A program made the translations under genes and the position numbers. Below are positions 55,481-64,000 of a stretch of 64,000 nucleotides of DNA, piece after piece. Where the stretch lies: assembly GCA_022710715.1 (NCBI GenBank), contig JAKLGJ010000003.1, forward strand, positions 358,558 to 422,557, given 5' to 3'. How positions within the stretch are numbered: position 1 is the stretch's first letter; every line of letters begins with the position of its first letter. The notes below the pieces were generated by a model that saw only the letters and a program-made list of their open reading frames with translations, had not been told where the DNA came from and searched no databases. This DNA comes from Candidatus Omnitrophota bacterium. GTDB lineage: Bacteria > Omnitrophota > Gorgyraeia > Gygaellales > Profunditerraquicolaceae.

Positions 55481-57298
55481 TTACACCGGCACGATCCTGA
55501 CCTTGATCTTGGGCCGGTAATTCACGTTAGGGATCTGAACAGTCAGATTCGCCGCGTCGAAATTCTTCCAGGGATTGCCGTCTACCCAGACGTCGGAAAT
55601 GCGAATGCTGCCCGCAGGCAGGATATCCGGCTGCACGCGTAACACGTCACCGGGGAATCCGTGCGGCAACGGCTTGAAATACAGATCCAGCGGTTGTTTG
55701 GTATACAACAGATTCTGATAGATCTGCGCCAGATAGCACAATTCAATGGAATGATAACAGGCCATGGAATGGCTGCCCTTCAGACGCTCCGTTCCCAGCA
55801 AAAACGGCAAGCCGTTGTTCAACACGTTGAAATAGACCGCGCCGTCGTCATGGTCCAGATAAAAAGCGTTGTAGAACGCCGCGGATTCCCGTCCCAGACG
55901 CAGATATTCGGGATCTTTGAGTACGCCGTACATGATATCGTACGCGAGTATCCCCTGCTCCTGCTGCCACCAGGCTTTGCGGTCATGCCAGACATGGCGG
56001 TAGCATTTCTCTCCGGGAGCCAGTTCGCGCTCCATCACGTCGTACCAGCCGCCGCGCTGCACGTCCATGCCCACGGTAGGCATGATCTGGGCGATCTTTC
56101 TGGCAAATTCGACGTATTCCTTTCGGGGAGTGAGACTGTTGATACGCAGCAGATTCCAGGCGATCTTGAGGTTATGGCCGATGACGCCGCGGTTCTGCTG
56201 CCATCCCCAGGTCTTGTCGTGGCTCCAATCTTCGTGGAATTTCTCCTGCACGAACGGCGAATGCGCGTAATCCTGAAAATGATCGGTAATGCAATCCGCG
56301 GTATACTTGAGAAAATCGCGGTACTTGGGATCGCCGGTAGCCAGCCAGAGATTGATCAGATACGCCGGAGCATGATCTCCTACCGAGTTCCAGTTCTTTC
56401 TGCCGCGGTTGCGGCCCAGGCTTTCGGCCCGGGGATTCAAGGCGATGGGGTCGACATGCGAAAAATAGCCGCCTTTTTCCTTATCCAGGAAGAAACGATC
56501 GAACAGATCGATGGTCATCTTGATATCTTTCATGATCGCCGGATCGCCGGTAATGCGGTAGGTCTGGGTAGGACCGGCCAGAGCATAGATCTGTTCGTAC
56601 GCGGGAATAGCGTCGTAATCGTCGCCGAATTCCGAAGCGAATACTTTATGCTCCTGGGCATGCTTGACATCGATGCCGTGATACCAGTACACCACATTCT
56701 CGTCGGTATCGTAGAAACGCATGTGATCGCGCAGGTACTGCGTGCCTTTTTCCGCGGCTTCCAGGAAACGGTCTTCGCCGGTCAAAAGGAACGCCGACGC
56801 CATGCCGTAAACCATACGCGAGATAGTATCGGTTTCCTGACGGTGTTCCGGTTTGCGTTCGCCGGTCAAAGAGATCATGGTGCGGTAATTCTTGTAATCG
56901 ATCGTATCGGGACTGCCGAATTCCGCTTTGATATAGAAATCCGCGATGCTCACCGCCTGCTTCACCCACCAGTCGGCTTCTTCGAAACGGTATTTACCCA
57001 GCCCTTCCCCGGGGAACACCAGCACTTTGGCGTCAAAATCAAATCCTTTATTTTCCGGGTAAAAGATCCCCAGGACAAACAAATACTGTCCCGGAACCAT
57101 CAAAGAGTCGATTTTTCCGGTATAATCGCACCAGCCCTCATGAAGGTTACGCGGCCCCTTGGCATAGGCAGTAGGTGTCATCCGCGCGGAAAATTCACGC
57201 CCGTCCGTGGTTTTCATGGTAAATGTTTTTTTAGCAGAATCATAACTCGTTACGTAGCCAGCGATTGTATCAGAGAACTCAAAACGTATCTCATTCAT
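55481..57298 (-). CDS. N-acylglucosamine 2-epimerase (AGE)-superfamily / six-hairpin (alpha/alpha)6 glycosidase-like protein with an N-terminal extension
   Basis: The C-terminal ~400 aa resemble the AGE/cellobiose-2-epimerase fold (KIAWNLLRI, GGWYDVMERE, RKAWWQQEQGILAYD). The N-terminal ~200 aa are unassigned. Confidence 0.45.
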   Translation of the reverse strand: MNEIRFEFSDTIAGYVTSYDSAKKTFTMKTTDGREFSARMTPTAYAKGPRNLHEGWCDYTGKIDSLMVPGQYLFVLGIFYPENKGFDFDAKVLVFPGEGLGKYRFEEADWWVKQAVSIADFYIKAEFGSPDTIDYKNYRTMISLTGERKPEHRQETDTISRMVYGMASAFLLTGEDRFLEAAEKGTQYLRDHMRFYDTDENVVYWYHGIDVKHAQEHKVFASEFGDDYDAIPAYEQIYALAGPTQTYRITGDPAIMKDIKMTIDLFDRFFLDKEKGGYFSHVDPIALNPRAESLGRNRGRKNWNSVGDHAPAYLINLWLATGDPKYRDFLKYTADCITDHFQDYAHSPFVQEKFHEDWSHDKTWGWQQNRGVIGHNLKIAWNLLRINSLTPRKEYVEFARKIAQIMPTVGMDVQRGGWYDVMERELAPGEKCYRHVWHDRKAWWQQEQGILAYDIMYGVLKDPEYLRLGRESAAFYNAFYLDHDDGAVYFNVLNNGLPFLLGTERLKGSHSMACYHSIELCYLAQIYQNLLYTKQPLDLYFKPLPHGFPGDVLRVQPDILPAGSIRISDVWVDGNPWKNFDAANLTVQIPNVNYRPKIKVRIVPV

Positions 57299-57495
57299 CG
57301 ATGTTCCCCCTTTGTATGGTTTGATGGTTATCAGGAAGAAAGGTTAGACAATAAAAAAGCCGAGACAGGATTGTCCCAGCATGAATTAGAGCATATTTTC
57401 CGGATAAACGTATTTCGTAAGGCCTGCATAATCCTCCTGCCAAGCGAGAACTGCGTTTTCCTACAATATACCTGCTTACCTAATTGTAACTTGCT

Positions 57496-57523
57496 ATTAT
57501 ATCATTTTTCTTTGAATTGACAA
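57496..57523 (-). promoter_or_regulatory. Sigma70-type promoter TTGTCA-N16-TATAAT for the AGE-family gene
   Basis: Minus-strand -35 is the complement of 57518-57523, and -10 is the complement of 57496-57501. This would give a ~190-nt 5' UTR. Confidence 0.4.
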
Positions 57524-57551
57524 GTATTTTGAAAGAAAAGACGATACAGCA

Positions 57552-58178
57552 TTAATCATTCAAATAATAGTTGCCTTTTCCCGCCCCCATGCCGGTCATG
57601 CCGGAACCGCCTTTTCTTGTTCCCGGCTTGGCCCCGTGCTCGCGTAAATAAGCGGCGATTTCCGTATTCTGACGGAACACGGCCATGGACAGAGGCGTTG
57701 CTCCGGTATCGGTCCGGGCATTGACATCCGCGCCGCTCTCTACCAGGATCTTCAGCGCTGCAAAATGGCCGCTTTGACCTTTAAAAGCGGCGAAATGCAG
57801 CGGAGTCGAATCGTTCTGCGTACGGGCATTGACGTCCGCGCCGCGGTCGATCAGAATGCGGGCGCATTCAGGCTGCGCCTGGGAAGCCGCGACATGTAAA
57901 GGAGTGCCGCCGTTATTATTGCGGATATTGGGATCGGCTTTATAGGTGTCCAGCAACAGCTTCAGTACTTCGGGCTGTCCCCTGCCCACGGCCCAGTGCA
58001 CCGGGGTTTTCCCGATATCATCTTTTAACGTCAGCAAAGTGATATTTTTATCCAATAACGCTTTTACCCTGGCGATATCCCCGCTCTTGGCAGCCTCATG
58101 GATCTCGGCTGCGCAGGCCGGAGAAACCGCTACACACCAGATAACCGCCGCTATAAGATACCGGACAGCCTGTCGCAT
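57552..58178 (-). CDS. Secreted ankyrin-repeat protein (about 5 ANK repeats)
   Basis: Start taken at MRQAVRYLIAAVIWCVAVSPACA (signal peptide, with GAGGAGG upstream). ANK consensus G.TPLH.AA..G....V..LL..GAD.NA is repeated (GKTPVHWAV, GGTPLHVAA, STPLHFAA, GATPLSMAV). Confidence 0.75.
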   Translation of the reverse strand: MRQAVRYLIAAVIWCVAVSPACAAEIHEAAKSGDIARVKALLDKNITLLTLKDDIGKTPVHWAVGRGQPEVLKLLLDTYKADPNIRNNNGGTPLHVAASQAQPECARILIDRGADVNARTQNDSTPLHFAAFKGQSGHFAALKILVESGADVNARTDTGATPLSMAVFRQNTEIAAYLREHGAKPGTRKGGSGMTGMGAGKGNYYLND

Positions 58179-58191
58179 GTCTTCCTCCTCT

Positions 58192-60102
58192 TTAATTGAA
58201 CCGTAAAATGAGCATGGTGATATCGTCCGACTGCGGCGCGTTACGGACAAAAACGCTTACTTCTTCCCGCACGGTACGGATCATCTCCACCAGATACTTG
58301 TCCCGGCCCAGGCGGGAAAGCGCATCCTGCAACCGTTGTTCGGAGAACAACCGCTTTTCCGGATCCATAGCTTCAGTGACACCGTCCGTATACAGAAAGA
58401 TCGTGTCGCCGTGCCCCAGGTTAAGTTTCCGGGAAGTAAATTTAAAATTCTGCATCGGGCCCAGGACAAACCCTTTATCCACGGTCAAGAACTCGAACGG
58501 CCGGCCGTCGAGACTGACCAGCGGCGGATTATGCCCGGCGTTGGCGAACTCCACCTCCCCGGTTGCGGTATCGAGTATCCCGCAAAAAACCGTGGCAAAC
58601 ATGGTCGCGGTATTGTCCAGAGCCAGAATATTGTTCACCTTGTAGAGTATCTCGTGCGCCGCCAACCCCTGCAACGCTTCGTTCTTGAGCAACGTTTTGG
58701 TGATCATCATGAACAGCGCCGCCGGCACGCCTTTGCCGGAAACATCGCCCATCACGAAGAACAAGCGTTTTTCATCGATCAGGCAGAAATCGTAGAAGTC
58801 CCCTCCGACTTCCTTGGCCGGCTCCATCATCGCGTAAATATCGAATTCCTTGCGGTCCGGAAAAGCCGGGAATATCCGCGGCAGGATGCCGGTCTGGATT
58901 TCGTGCGCGATCTTGAGCTCACTCTCAATGCGCTCTTTGGCGGCAGTGGTTTCGGTCAAGCGCTTGATGTACTCCTTGAGCGCGGACTGCATGTTCCCGA
59001 AAGCCCGGGATAACCTGCCCACTTCGTCCGCGGAATCAACCGCCGGCAGCTTGGCGTCGAAATTCCCCTCTCCGATACTGTGCGCTGCCCGCGAGATCAA
59101 ACGCAACGGTTTGGTGATGGAATGCGCCAGCAACGCGATCACCAGCACGAGAAAAATGATGCCGGCTCCGGCCATCGCCCCGGTCAGGGCGGTTTGCCGG
59201 CGGATATCTTCAAAGAGCTCATCCTGCGGGAACACCACTGCCAGCGTCCAGCCGGTAGAGGGCACCGGCGCGTAATACATCCAGCTTTTCTTGTTCCTGG
59301 CCAGGGAAGTGAACGGCACAAACCCGCTTTCCCCGCGGACCATCCGTCTGCCGATCTCGCGCAAAGCCGGATCGTTCCGGCTTTCGGCTACGCTGAAAAC
59401 AGTTTCATTCATGATCAATTCCTTCAACGGATGGGTAATGATCATGCCGTTGCGGGAAATAAGATACGCGTCGCCGGTTTTGAAGATCTTGACCGAAGAA
59501 ACGATATCCGTAAGCCATTGCAGGGAAATATCGGCATTGACGATACCCTTGAGCTTGCGCCCCTGCGCCGAAGCCTGGTAAAACGGGACCGAATAGCTGG
59601 CCATCAGCACATCGTCAAAATAAGGTTCGGTCCAGACCGCTCTGCCCAGTTCCCGGGGTATTTGATACCAGTCAAGAGTAAAGTAACGGTACGCTTCGGC
59701 GCCCAGATTGTACAGAACCAATCCGGACTTTTCCTTGGCGTAATAGGGACAGAAATAAAGCGATTTCGGGTCGAAGGCATACGGTTCAAAAGCTATCCCC
59801 ATACCGTAGAGCTCTTTATTATTGACCACCACCAGCTTGAGCAGCCTCTCGATACGTTCCTTGCTGACCGCGCCTTCCTCGAGATAATCCGCGACGGTAT
59901 CCGCGGTTTTTTTCACCGAAGCCAGTTCGATCTCGATCTTATTCACCGTGCGCAGGGCAAGATTCTCGGCGTTCTCCCGGATCTTGGCCATGATAATACC
60001 TTCGGAAAAACGGTAATTGAAACCGATGATCGCCAGCAGGATCACGACGCAGCAGCCGGACACATACAGAATGAATTTAACCGCGAGGCTTCTTATTTTC
60101 AT
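58192..60102 (-). CDS. dCache-like extracytoplasmic sensor - HAMP - SpoIIE/PP2C phosphatase (RsbU-like)
   Basis: N-terminal TM, then a ~270-aa periplasmic Cache-like domain and a second TM. HAMP region ITKPLRLISRAAHSIGEGNFD ... DEVGRLSRAFGNM. The PP2C domain has AHEIQTGILP, GGDFYDF, GDVSGKGVPAALFM and LYTDGVTEA. Confidence 0.8.
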   Translation of the reverse strand: MKIRSLAVKFILYVSGCCVVILLAIIGFNYRFSEGIIMAKIRENAENLALRTVNKIEIELASVKKTADTVADYLEEGAVSKERIERLLKLVVVNNKELYGMGIAFEPYAFDPKSLYFCPYYAKEKSGLVLYNLGAEAYRYFTLDWYQIPRELGRAVWTEPYFDDVLMASYSVPFYQASAQGRKLKGIVNADISLQWLTDIVSSVKIFKTGDAYLISRNGMIITHPLKELIMNETVFSVAESRNDPALREIGRRMVRGESGFVPFTSLARNKKSWMYYAPVPSTGWTLAVVFPQDELFEDIRRQTALTGAMAGAGIIFLVLVIALLAHSITKPLRLISRAAHSIGEGNFDAKLPAVDSADEVGRLSRAFGNMQSALKEYIKRLTETTAAKERIESELKIAHEIQTGILPRIFPAFPDRKEFDIYAMMEPAKEVGGDFYDFCLIDEKRLFFVMGDVSGKGVPAALFMMITKTLLKNEALQGLAAHEILYKVNNILALDNTATMFATVFCGILDTATGEVEFANAGHNPPLVSLDGRPFEFLTVDKGFVLGPMQNFKFTSRKLNLGHGDTIFLYTDGVTEAMDPEKRLFSEQRLQDALSRLGRDKYLVEMIRTVREEVSVFVRNAPQSDDITMLILRFN

Positions 60103-61088
60103 GGCTCGTCCTGAACCGGGATGGAAAAAGAGTCAAACGCAGGCGCCGCTTTGATCAAACCTTTCCGCGCAAGCTCGCCCGAGACGCGCAGGTAATCGTT
60201 CTGATTCAACCGTCCCAGCGCCGCTGCATCGTTGCCGGGCAGGATAAGATCTTTCATCCGTTCGAGCATCCAGCGCTGATGCACGCGATTGGCCGGCACG
60301 TGCGCCGTTTGCATGTACCGCAGCACGATATCCAGCGTTTCATCCGGATGTTCAAAAGCATACCGCCATCCCGCAAGCGAAGCCCGGACAAAAGCCGCGG
60401 CGGCCTGCGGCGCATCGCGCAGCGTTTCCTCCCGGCAATAAATTCCGTCTTCCGGGAAATTCAGCCCGTAATCGCTGAAGAAAAACGTGGAGAGCTCGTC
60501 GGAATTGAACCCGGCGTTGAGTAGAGTGTGATACTCGTTATACCACATCGCCGAGATCACATCCACGCCGCCCATCAGGAACAGATTGACGGTATACCCC
60601 TGCGGAACGATCTGCGCCTGCACCCCGTTATCGCGCAGGAATGCCTGCGGCTGCAACTGCAAATCGCCTTCCCACAGACTGACCTTTTTTCCGGCCATAT
60701 CCTGTGGTTTGAGGATCCCGCTGGACTTCCTGGCCACCAGCATCAACGCCGAACGCTGGACGATCTGGCTGATGTTGACGATTTTCATTCCTTCGGCGCG
60801 ACGGCGCAGCGCCGGCGAAAGCCACATCACGCCGAAATCCGCGGTGCCGGCAGCCAGCATTTCTTCGGGAGGATTCTCCGGGCCGCCTTCCAGGATGGTC
60901 ACATCCAGACCGGCAGCTTTATACAGCCCTTTTTCATACGCGACGTAATAGCCGGCGAACTGGGCCTGCGGTTTCCACAGCGGGATGAACGAAACTTTTT
61001 TGAGCTGCGCCTGTTCGGCAGATACGGCGGGACAAAACGAGAGAGTAATAAGTAAGCAGAAAATACGCAGGAACATGCGGGATCTCAT
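60099..61088 (-). CDS. Periplasmic substrate-binding protein of the NMT1/THI5 (SsuA/TauA-like) family
   Basis: Start taken at MRSRMFLRIFCLLITLSFCPAVSA (signal peptide). Type-II SBP pattern (VSFIPLWKPQAQFAGYYVAYEKGLYKAAGLDVTILEGG). Its stop overlaps the Cache-HAMP-PP2C start (ATGA). Confidence 0.55.
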   Translation of the reverse strand: MRSRMFLRIFCLLITLSFCPAVSAEQAQLKKVSFIPLWKPQAQFAGYYVAYEKGLYKAAGLDVTILEGGPENPPEEMLAAGTADFGVMWLSPALRRRAEGMKIVNISQIVQRSALMLVARKSSGILKPQDMAGKKVSLWEGDLQLQPQAFLRDNGVQAQIVPQGYTVNLFLMGGVDVISAMWYNEYHTLLNAGFNSDELSTFFFSDYGLNFPEDGIYCREETLRDAPQAAAAFVRASLAGWRYAFEHPDETLDIVLRYMQTAHVPANRVHQRWMLERMKDLILPGNDAAALGRLNQNDYLRVSGELARKGLIKAAPAFDSFSIPVQDEP

Positions 61089-61372
61089 AGCCCCTCTATA
61101 AAAACGACATTGGTCTGTGCCGCCAGATGACGCAGCTTCCTGGCTGCGGTATATTCGGGAGAATCCCACCACTGCCGGGCCTGTTCCATGGAAGGAAACT
61201 CGATGATCACAACCCGTTGCGGTTGCCAGTCGCCTTCTTTAACTTCGGCCGCGCCTCCCCTGACCAGCGGTTTACCGCCGTAGGCGAGAATCGTCGGCGC
61301 ACCCCGCTTCTTGTACTCTTCGTAACCGAGCGGATCCCTGACATCGATATCGAGGATGACGTAGGCAGACAT
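61085..61372 (-). CDS. DUF1330-family small protein
   Basis: Start taken at MSAYVILDIDV. Conserved YGG..LVRGG..E..EG.W.P.RVVIIEFPS.E.A..W..S.EY. Its stop overlaps the SBP start (ATGA). Confidence 0.5.
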   Translation of the reverse strand: MSAYVILDIDVRDPLGYEEYKKRGAPTILAYGGKPLVRGGAAEVKEGDWQPQRVVIIEFPSMEQARQWWDSPEYTAARKLRHLAAQTNVVFIEGL

Positions 61373-61462
61373 GCGGCTATTATACACCAGCGCCCCGATT
61401 CGTGTAAAGAAGTTCCAAAACCGCTTGACCATACCCGCGACTTCCTATACAATACGCTTGTT

Positions 61463-62209
61463 ATGGACAAAACCCTCGCGATCAAGAAAGTCGGAATCAC
61501 CGGTTCCTCGGGCAACATCGGCTCTACCCTGCAACAAGGGCTCTGCGACAAATACGAGCTTTCACTTTTCGATATCAAAGAGGCCAAACTGCTCTGCAGC
61601 GCGCATTTCAAAAAAGTGGACTTCGCCGAACCCGGACAGGTTAACGGGATCTTCAACGGCCTGGACGCGCTGATACACCTTGCCGGCAATCCCCGTCCCG
61701 ACGCTCCCCGGCAGCAAACGTACCGCAACAATTTCGCCGCCACCAGCTATGTGTTCGAAGAAGCCCGGCGCGCCGGCGTCAAAAAAATCGTTTACGCCAG
61801 CTCGAACTTCTATCATGAAGCGGCCATAGGCCAGATACTGCAGGGCGATGCCACCGAACGCATCACCCTGGATTTCCCGCCCAGCCCGATCTGCCTTTAC
61901 GGGGAATCGAAAGTATTCGGCGAAAGCCTCGGCCGGCACCTGGCTTACCTGGGCATGCCGTTCGTAGCCCTGCGCATCGGCTGGACCGTGCCCCAGGACA
62001 ACCCCGCGATGTACGGGGGCGATTATATGCGCGCGGTTTTCTGCAGTAAACGCGACCTGGTGCAGGCGTTCGACAAAGCGCTGGAGATCGACACGGAATT
62101 CCTGGCCGCGTTCGTCACCAGCAACAATACCCGCAACGTCTTTGATCTCGCCGAAACCCGCAAGAAACTGGGGTTCTCACCGCAAGACAACGCAGATACC
62201 TACTTTTAA
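61463..62209 (+). CDS. NAD-dependent epimerase/dehydratase-family (extended SDR) protein
   Basis: Start at MDKTLAIKKVGITGSSGNIGSTL (Rossmann GxxGxxG), with the catalytic YGESK. The long 5' extension in the ORF track, antisense to the DUF1330/SBP genes, is rejected. Confidence 0.75.
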   Translation: MDKTLAIKKVGITGSSGNIGSTLQQGLCDKYELSLFDIKEAKLLCSAHFKKVDFAEPGQVNGIFNGLDALIHLAGNPRPDAPRQQTYRNNFAATSYVFEEARRAGVKKIVYASSNFYHEAAIGQILQGDATERITLDFPPSPICLYGESKVFGESLGRHLAYLGMPFVALRIGWTVPQDNPAMYGGDYMRAVFCSKRDLVQAFDKALEIDTEFLAAFVTSNNTRNVFDLAETRKKLGFSPQDNADTYF

Positions 62210-62314
62210 ACAATCAGGCTGTTTTTGCCGATAGCGAAACAACGGGCGTGTTTATTTTTCGAGGATAGAAACGGGTTATGGCCGGCTTTGCGCTCGACCG
62301 CCCCTCCTGTTTTC

Positions 62315-62689
62315 TTACTTCTCTTTGATGCGCTTCTGGATCTCGCCGAAATACCGGTCGGCTTCCGCGACACTCTCGAACATCTGAACGTTGGGCAAAG
62401 CGTGCACGATCTTGAAAACCTGTTCGATATGCGGCGGGACATTGGACATCATAAAGGTCGTTCCACGGGCCGTTGCGGCTTTATGCAATTCCAGAACCGC
62501 GCCGATGCCCATACTGCTGATATACTCGAGGGCTTTGAGATCCAGAGAAAGAGCCCTGGGAGATTTCTCCAGACAGATCATCGCTTTGGACTTGAAATCC
62601 TGATACGTCTCCGTATCCAGTGAACCGGTAAGCACGCACACCACGATTTGATCTTCATCGTTTCTAAGAATATTCACCTTAAGCGCCAT
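62315..62689 (-). CDS. STAS-domain anti-sigma-factor antagonist
   Basis: 124 aa, with the phospho-Ser region YISSMGIGAVLEL. Confidence 0.75.
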   Translation of the reverse strand: MALKVNILRNDEDQIVVCVLTGSLDTETYQDFKSKAMICLEKSPRALSLDLKALEYISSMGIGAVLELHKAATARGTTFMMSNVPPHIEQVFKIVHALPNVQMFESVAEADRYFGEIQKRIKEK

Positions 62690-62719
62690 ACAAACCTCCT
62701 GCGATTAACCGGTCAACGA

Positions 62720-62974
62720 TCATTTCTTCCGAATATTCTCGGCATCCTTTTCCAGAATAGTTGCATCGACTTTGGTCGGAACGATCATCAGTTTGCGGTA
62801 TTGCGCAGCGCAACTGGTATACGCGGACAGGGTTTTATACGCGACATGACAGGCAACCATGGAATCACAGAGTTTTGCGTCATGCTGACGGATATTCAAG
62901 ATCAACTGTACGGGAATGGCGATAAGCAGGAAAACCAGGACCGCGGAGAGCACTATCTGATTGACTTTGTTCAT
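62720..62974 (-). CDS. Small single-pass membrane protein (hypothetical)
   Basis: Start taken at MNKVNQIVLSAVLVFLLIAIPV, with GAGGAGG 5 nt upstream. One TM helix. 84 aa. Confidence 0.35.
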   Translation of the reverse strand: MNKVNQIVLSAVLVFLLIAIPVQLILNIRQHDAKLCDSMVACHVAYKTLSAYTSCAAQYRKLMIVPTKVDATILEKDAENIRKK

Positions 62975-63045
62975 CCCACCTCCTCTATTGGGGTTTTCTT
63001 GATTATACCCTGTCGGAGGCCGGTTGTAAATTAAGAAAAAAGAAA

Positions 63046-63077
63046 ACAAAAAAGGCGCCGGTTTCCCGGCGCCTTTT
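63046..63077 (-). terminator. Bidirectional rho-independent terminator
   Basis: Hairpin ggcgccgg-tttc-ccggcgcc (63054-63073), flanked by a plus-strand a-run (63041-63053) and ttt (63074-63077). It lies just 3' of the CSD gene that ends at 63093. Confidence 0.55.
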
Positions 63078-63092
63078 AGCGATCAAAAACAG

Positions 63093-63305
63093 CTATGCTG
63101 CCGCAGTGGCAATTTTAATATTGACTGCGCGCGGACCTTTCGGTGAATTTTCCACATCGAATTCCACAGCTTGTTCTTCATTCAAAGCTTCCATTCTGAC
63201 TTCGACCAGGCTGGACTGATGGAAAAACACTTCCCTGCCGTCGGTATCGCTGATAAATCCGAAGCCTCTGTCACGAACAAGCTTCTTGATCTTTCCCGTA
63301 TGCAT
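63093..63305 (-). CDS. Cold-shock-domain protein (divergent CSD)
   Basis: GKIKKLVRDRGFGFISDTDGREVFFHQSSL: RNP1-like RGFGFI and RNP2-like VFFHQ. 70 aa. Confidence 0.7.
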   Translation of the reverse strand: MHTGKIKKLVRDRGFGFISDTDGREVFFHQSSLVEVRMEALNEEQAVEFDVENSPKGPRAVNIKIATAAA

Positions 63306-63337
63306 AACTGCTCCTTCCGTTACTACTTCGTTGCTGC

Positions 63338-63372
63338 AAAAAAGAAGCCCGGCCCCTTACGAGGGGCCAGGC
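63338..63372 (-). terminator. Putative intrinsic terminator after cspA (second copy)
   Basis: Hairpin gcccggcccc-ttacga-ggggccaggc with one mismatch, followed on the minus strand by a T-run (plus-strand caaaaaag at 63338-63344). Confidence 0.4.
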
Positions 63373-63388
63373 TGCGATACTCTAAAAA

Positions 63389-63589
63389 CTAGAGTTTAGC
63401 TACGTTAGTAGCCTGTTCTCCTTTAGGACCCTTGGTGATTTCGAACTCCACCTCCTGTCCTTCTTCCAGCGATTTATATCCTTCGCCCAGAATAGCGCTA
63501 TGATGCACGAAGACATCATTGCCGTTTTCCGGAGTGATAAATCCGTAACCTTTCTGATTAGAGAACCATTTTACTTTACCTTTTGCCAT
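63389..63589 (-). CDS. cspA: Cold shock protein, CspA family (near-identical paralog of the gene at 12250)
   Basis: [33 protein letters not shown]. 66 aa, about 89% identical to the first copy. Confidence 0.9.
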   Translation of the reverse strand: MAKGKVKWFSNQKGYGFITPENGNDVFVHHSAILGEGYKSLEEGQEVEFEITKGPKGEQATNVAKL

Positions 63590-63742
63590 GTTCTTGTTAC
63601 CTCCCTTCTTCGTTATTATAGTACCTCAAGGAAGAAACAAAAAAACCGCAAGGCGTCGTCATCTTCTGCCTATGCGGTCTTAAGATTTCTTTTCCTTTAG
63701 TAACTACAGTTAGTAGTATACCTGTTTTTCGGAATAAGTCAA
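63590..63742 (-). promoter_or_regulatory. Sigma70-type promoter (TTGACT-N16-TATACT) and cspA-type leader with hairpin plus U-run
   Basis: -35 is the complement of 63737-63742 and -10 the complement of 63715-63720. The leader hairpin is accgca-aggc...gcct-a-tgcggt (63646-63679), preceded on the plus strand by an a-run (63637-63645). Confidence 0.5.
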
Positions 63743-64000
63743 GCTTTTTTTTGGCGATGTTTCCAGACCTCTATGACCGCGGGCAGGATGGAAATGAGGA
63801 TGATAACGATGACCACAATGAGAAAATGCTCTTTGACCATGGGGACATTGCCGAAATAATAACCGCCCAGCACGAATGAACAGACCCAGAGCAACCCACC
63901 GGTCACATTATATAAGAGGAATTTACCGTAGTGCATCTTGCCGATACCCGCGACAAAAGGCGCGAACGTGCGTACGATGGGGATGAAACGAGCCAGAATG
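63739..64000 (-). CDS. DedA/VTT-family membrane protein, C-terminal part (gene continues past the window end)
   Basis: The reading frame is open from 64000 down to the stop at 63739. DedA-like conserved block [34 protein letters not shown]. Confidence 0.6.
   Translation of the reverse strand, partial: ILARFIPIVRTFAPFVAGIGKMHYGKFLLYNVTGGLLWVCSFVLGGYYFGNVPMVKEHFLIVVIVIILISILPAVIEVWKHRQKKA

Noticed and set aside
61127-61462. 5' part of the 360-aa plus-strand ORF in the track
   Set aside because: This part is antisense to the DUF1330 and SBP genes. The epimerase evidently starts at MDKTLAIKK (61463), where the Rossmann motif begins and a divergent intergenic region provides promoter space.
1-64000. 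CRISPR arrays, rRNA and tRNA genes
   Set aside because: No direct-repeat/spacer periodicity was seen anywhere. Intergenic gaps are short (almost all under 250 nt) and none shows tRNA-like or rRNA-like features. The repeats found are palindromic hairpins, not CRISPR-type.

Overview
This is a 64 kb window from a diderm (Gram-negative-type) bacterium; nearly all genes run on the minus strand, are densely packed, and use strong GGAGG Shine-Dalgarno sites. No rRNA, tRNA or CRISPR array was recognised. The window is dominated by signal-transduction genes. These include two PAS histidine-kinase/response-regulator operons flanking an alpha-glucan phosphorylase, and three partner-switching-type modules. 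The modules contain four STAS antagonists, two RsbW-like kinases and three SpoIIE/PP2C phosphatases, sensed through CHASE2, dCache-HAMP or cNMP-binding domains, and no sigma factor lies nearby. One of them is an operon STAS - glycogen debranching enzyme GlgX - STAS - fused [RsbW-like kinase + cNMP-binding + PP2C phosphatase]. There is a CHASE2 class-III adenylate cyclase. Two FecR-domain periplasmic proteins each lie next to a CHASE2 protein. There is a two-partner secretion pair: a ShlB/FhaC-type TpsB plus a 2596-aa TpsA exoprotein with a TPS domain, a LamG lectin-like domain and a long Tyr/Ala/Ser-rich repeat region. A second, orphan TpsB-like transporter sits in a cluster with FecR, an outer-membrane barrel and the CHASE2 cyclase. 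Three cold-shock-type genes (two near-identical cspA paralogs and a DEAD-box helicase) share a conserved promoter and an attenuator-like leader. Other genes include GreA, RadC, TspO, a yeast-type cytosine deaminase, two tandem FGE-sulfatase-family proteins, a small YD-repeat protein, a K+ channel, an MFS transporter, three DJ-1/PfpI paralogs, and a DUF1566 four-repeat protein. A small GIY-YIG gene is flanked by nested-hairpin inverted repeats. A TPP enzyme, a VOC enzyme, a tautomerase, a cupin, an ankyrin-repeat protein and an SDR epimerase are also present. A perfect 60-nt palindrome (28-bp stem) lies at 41995..42054, and a second copy of one arm supplies the last 10 codons of another gene. 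All assignments come from motif and domain recognition by eye in the supplied translations; no database searches were run.
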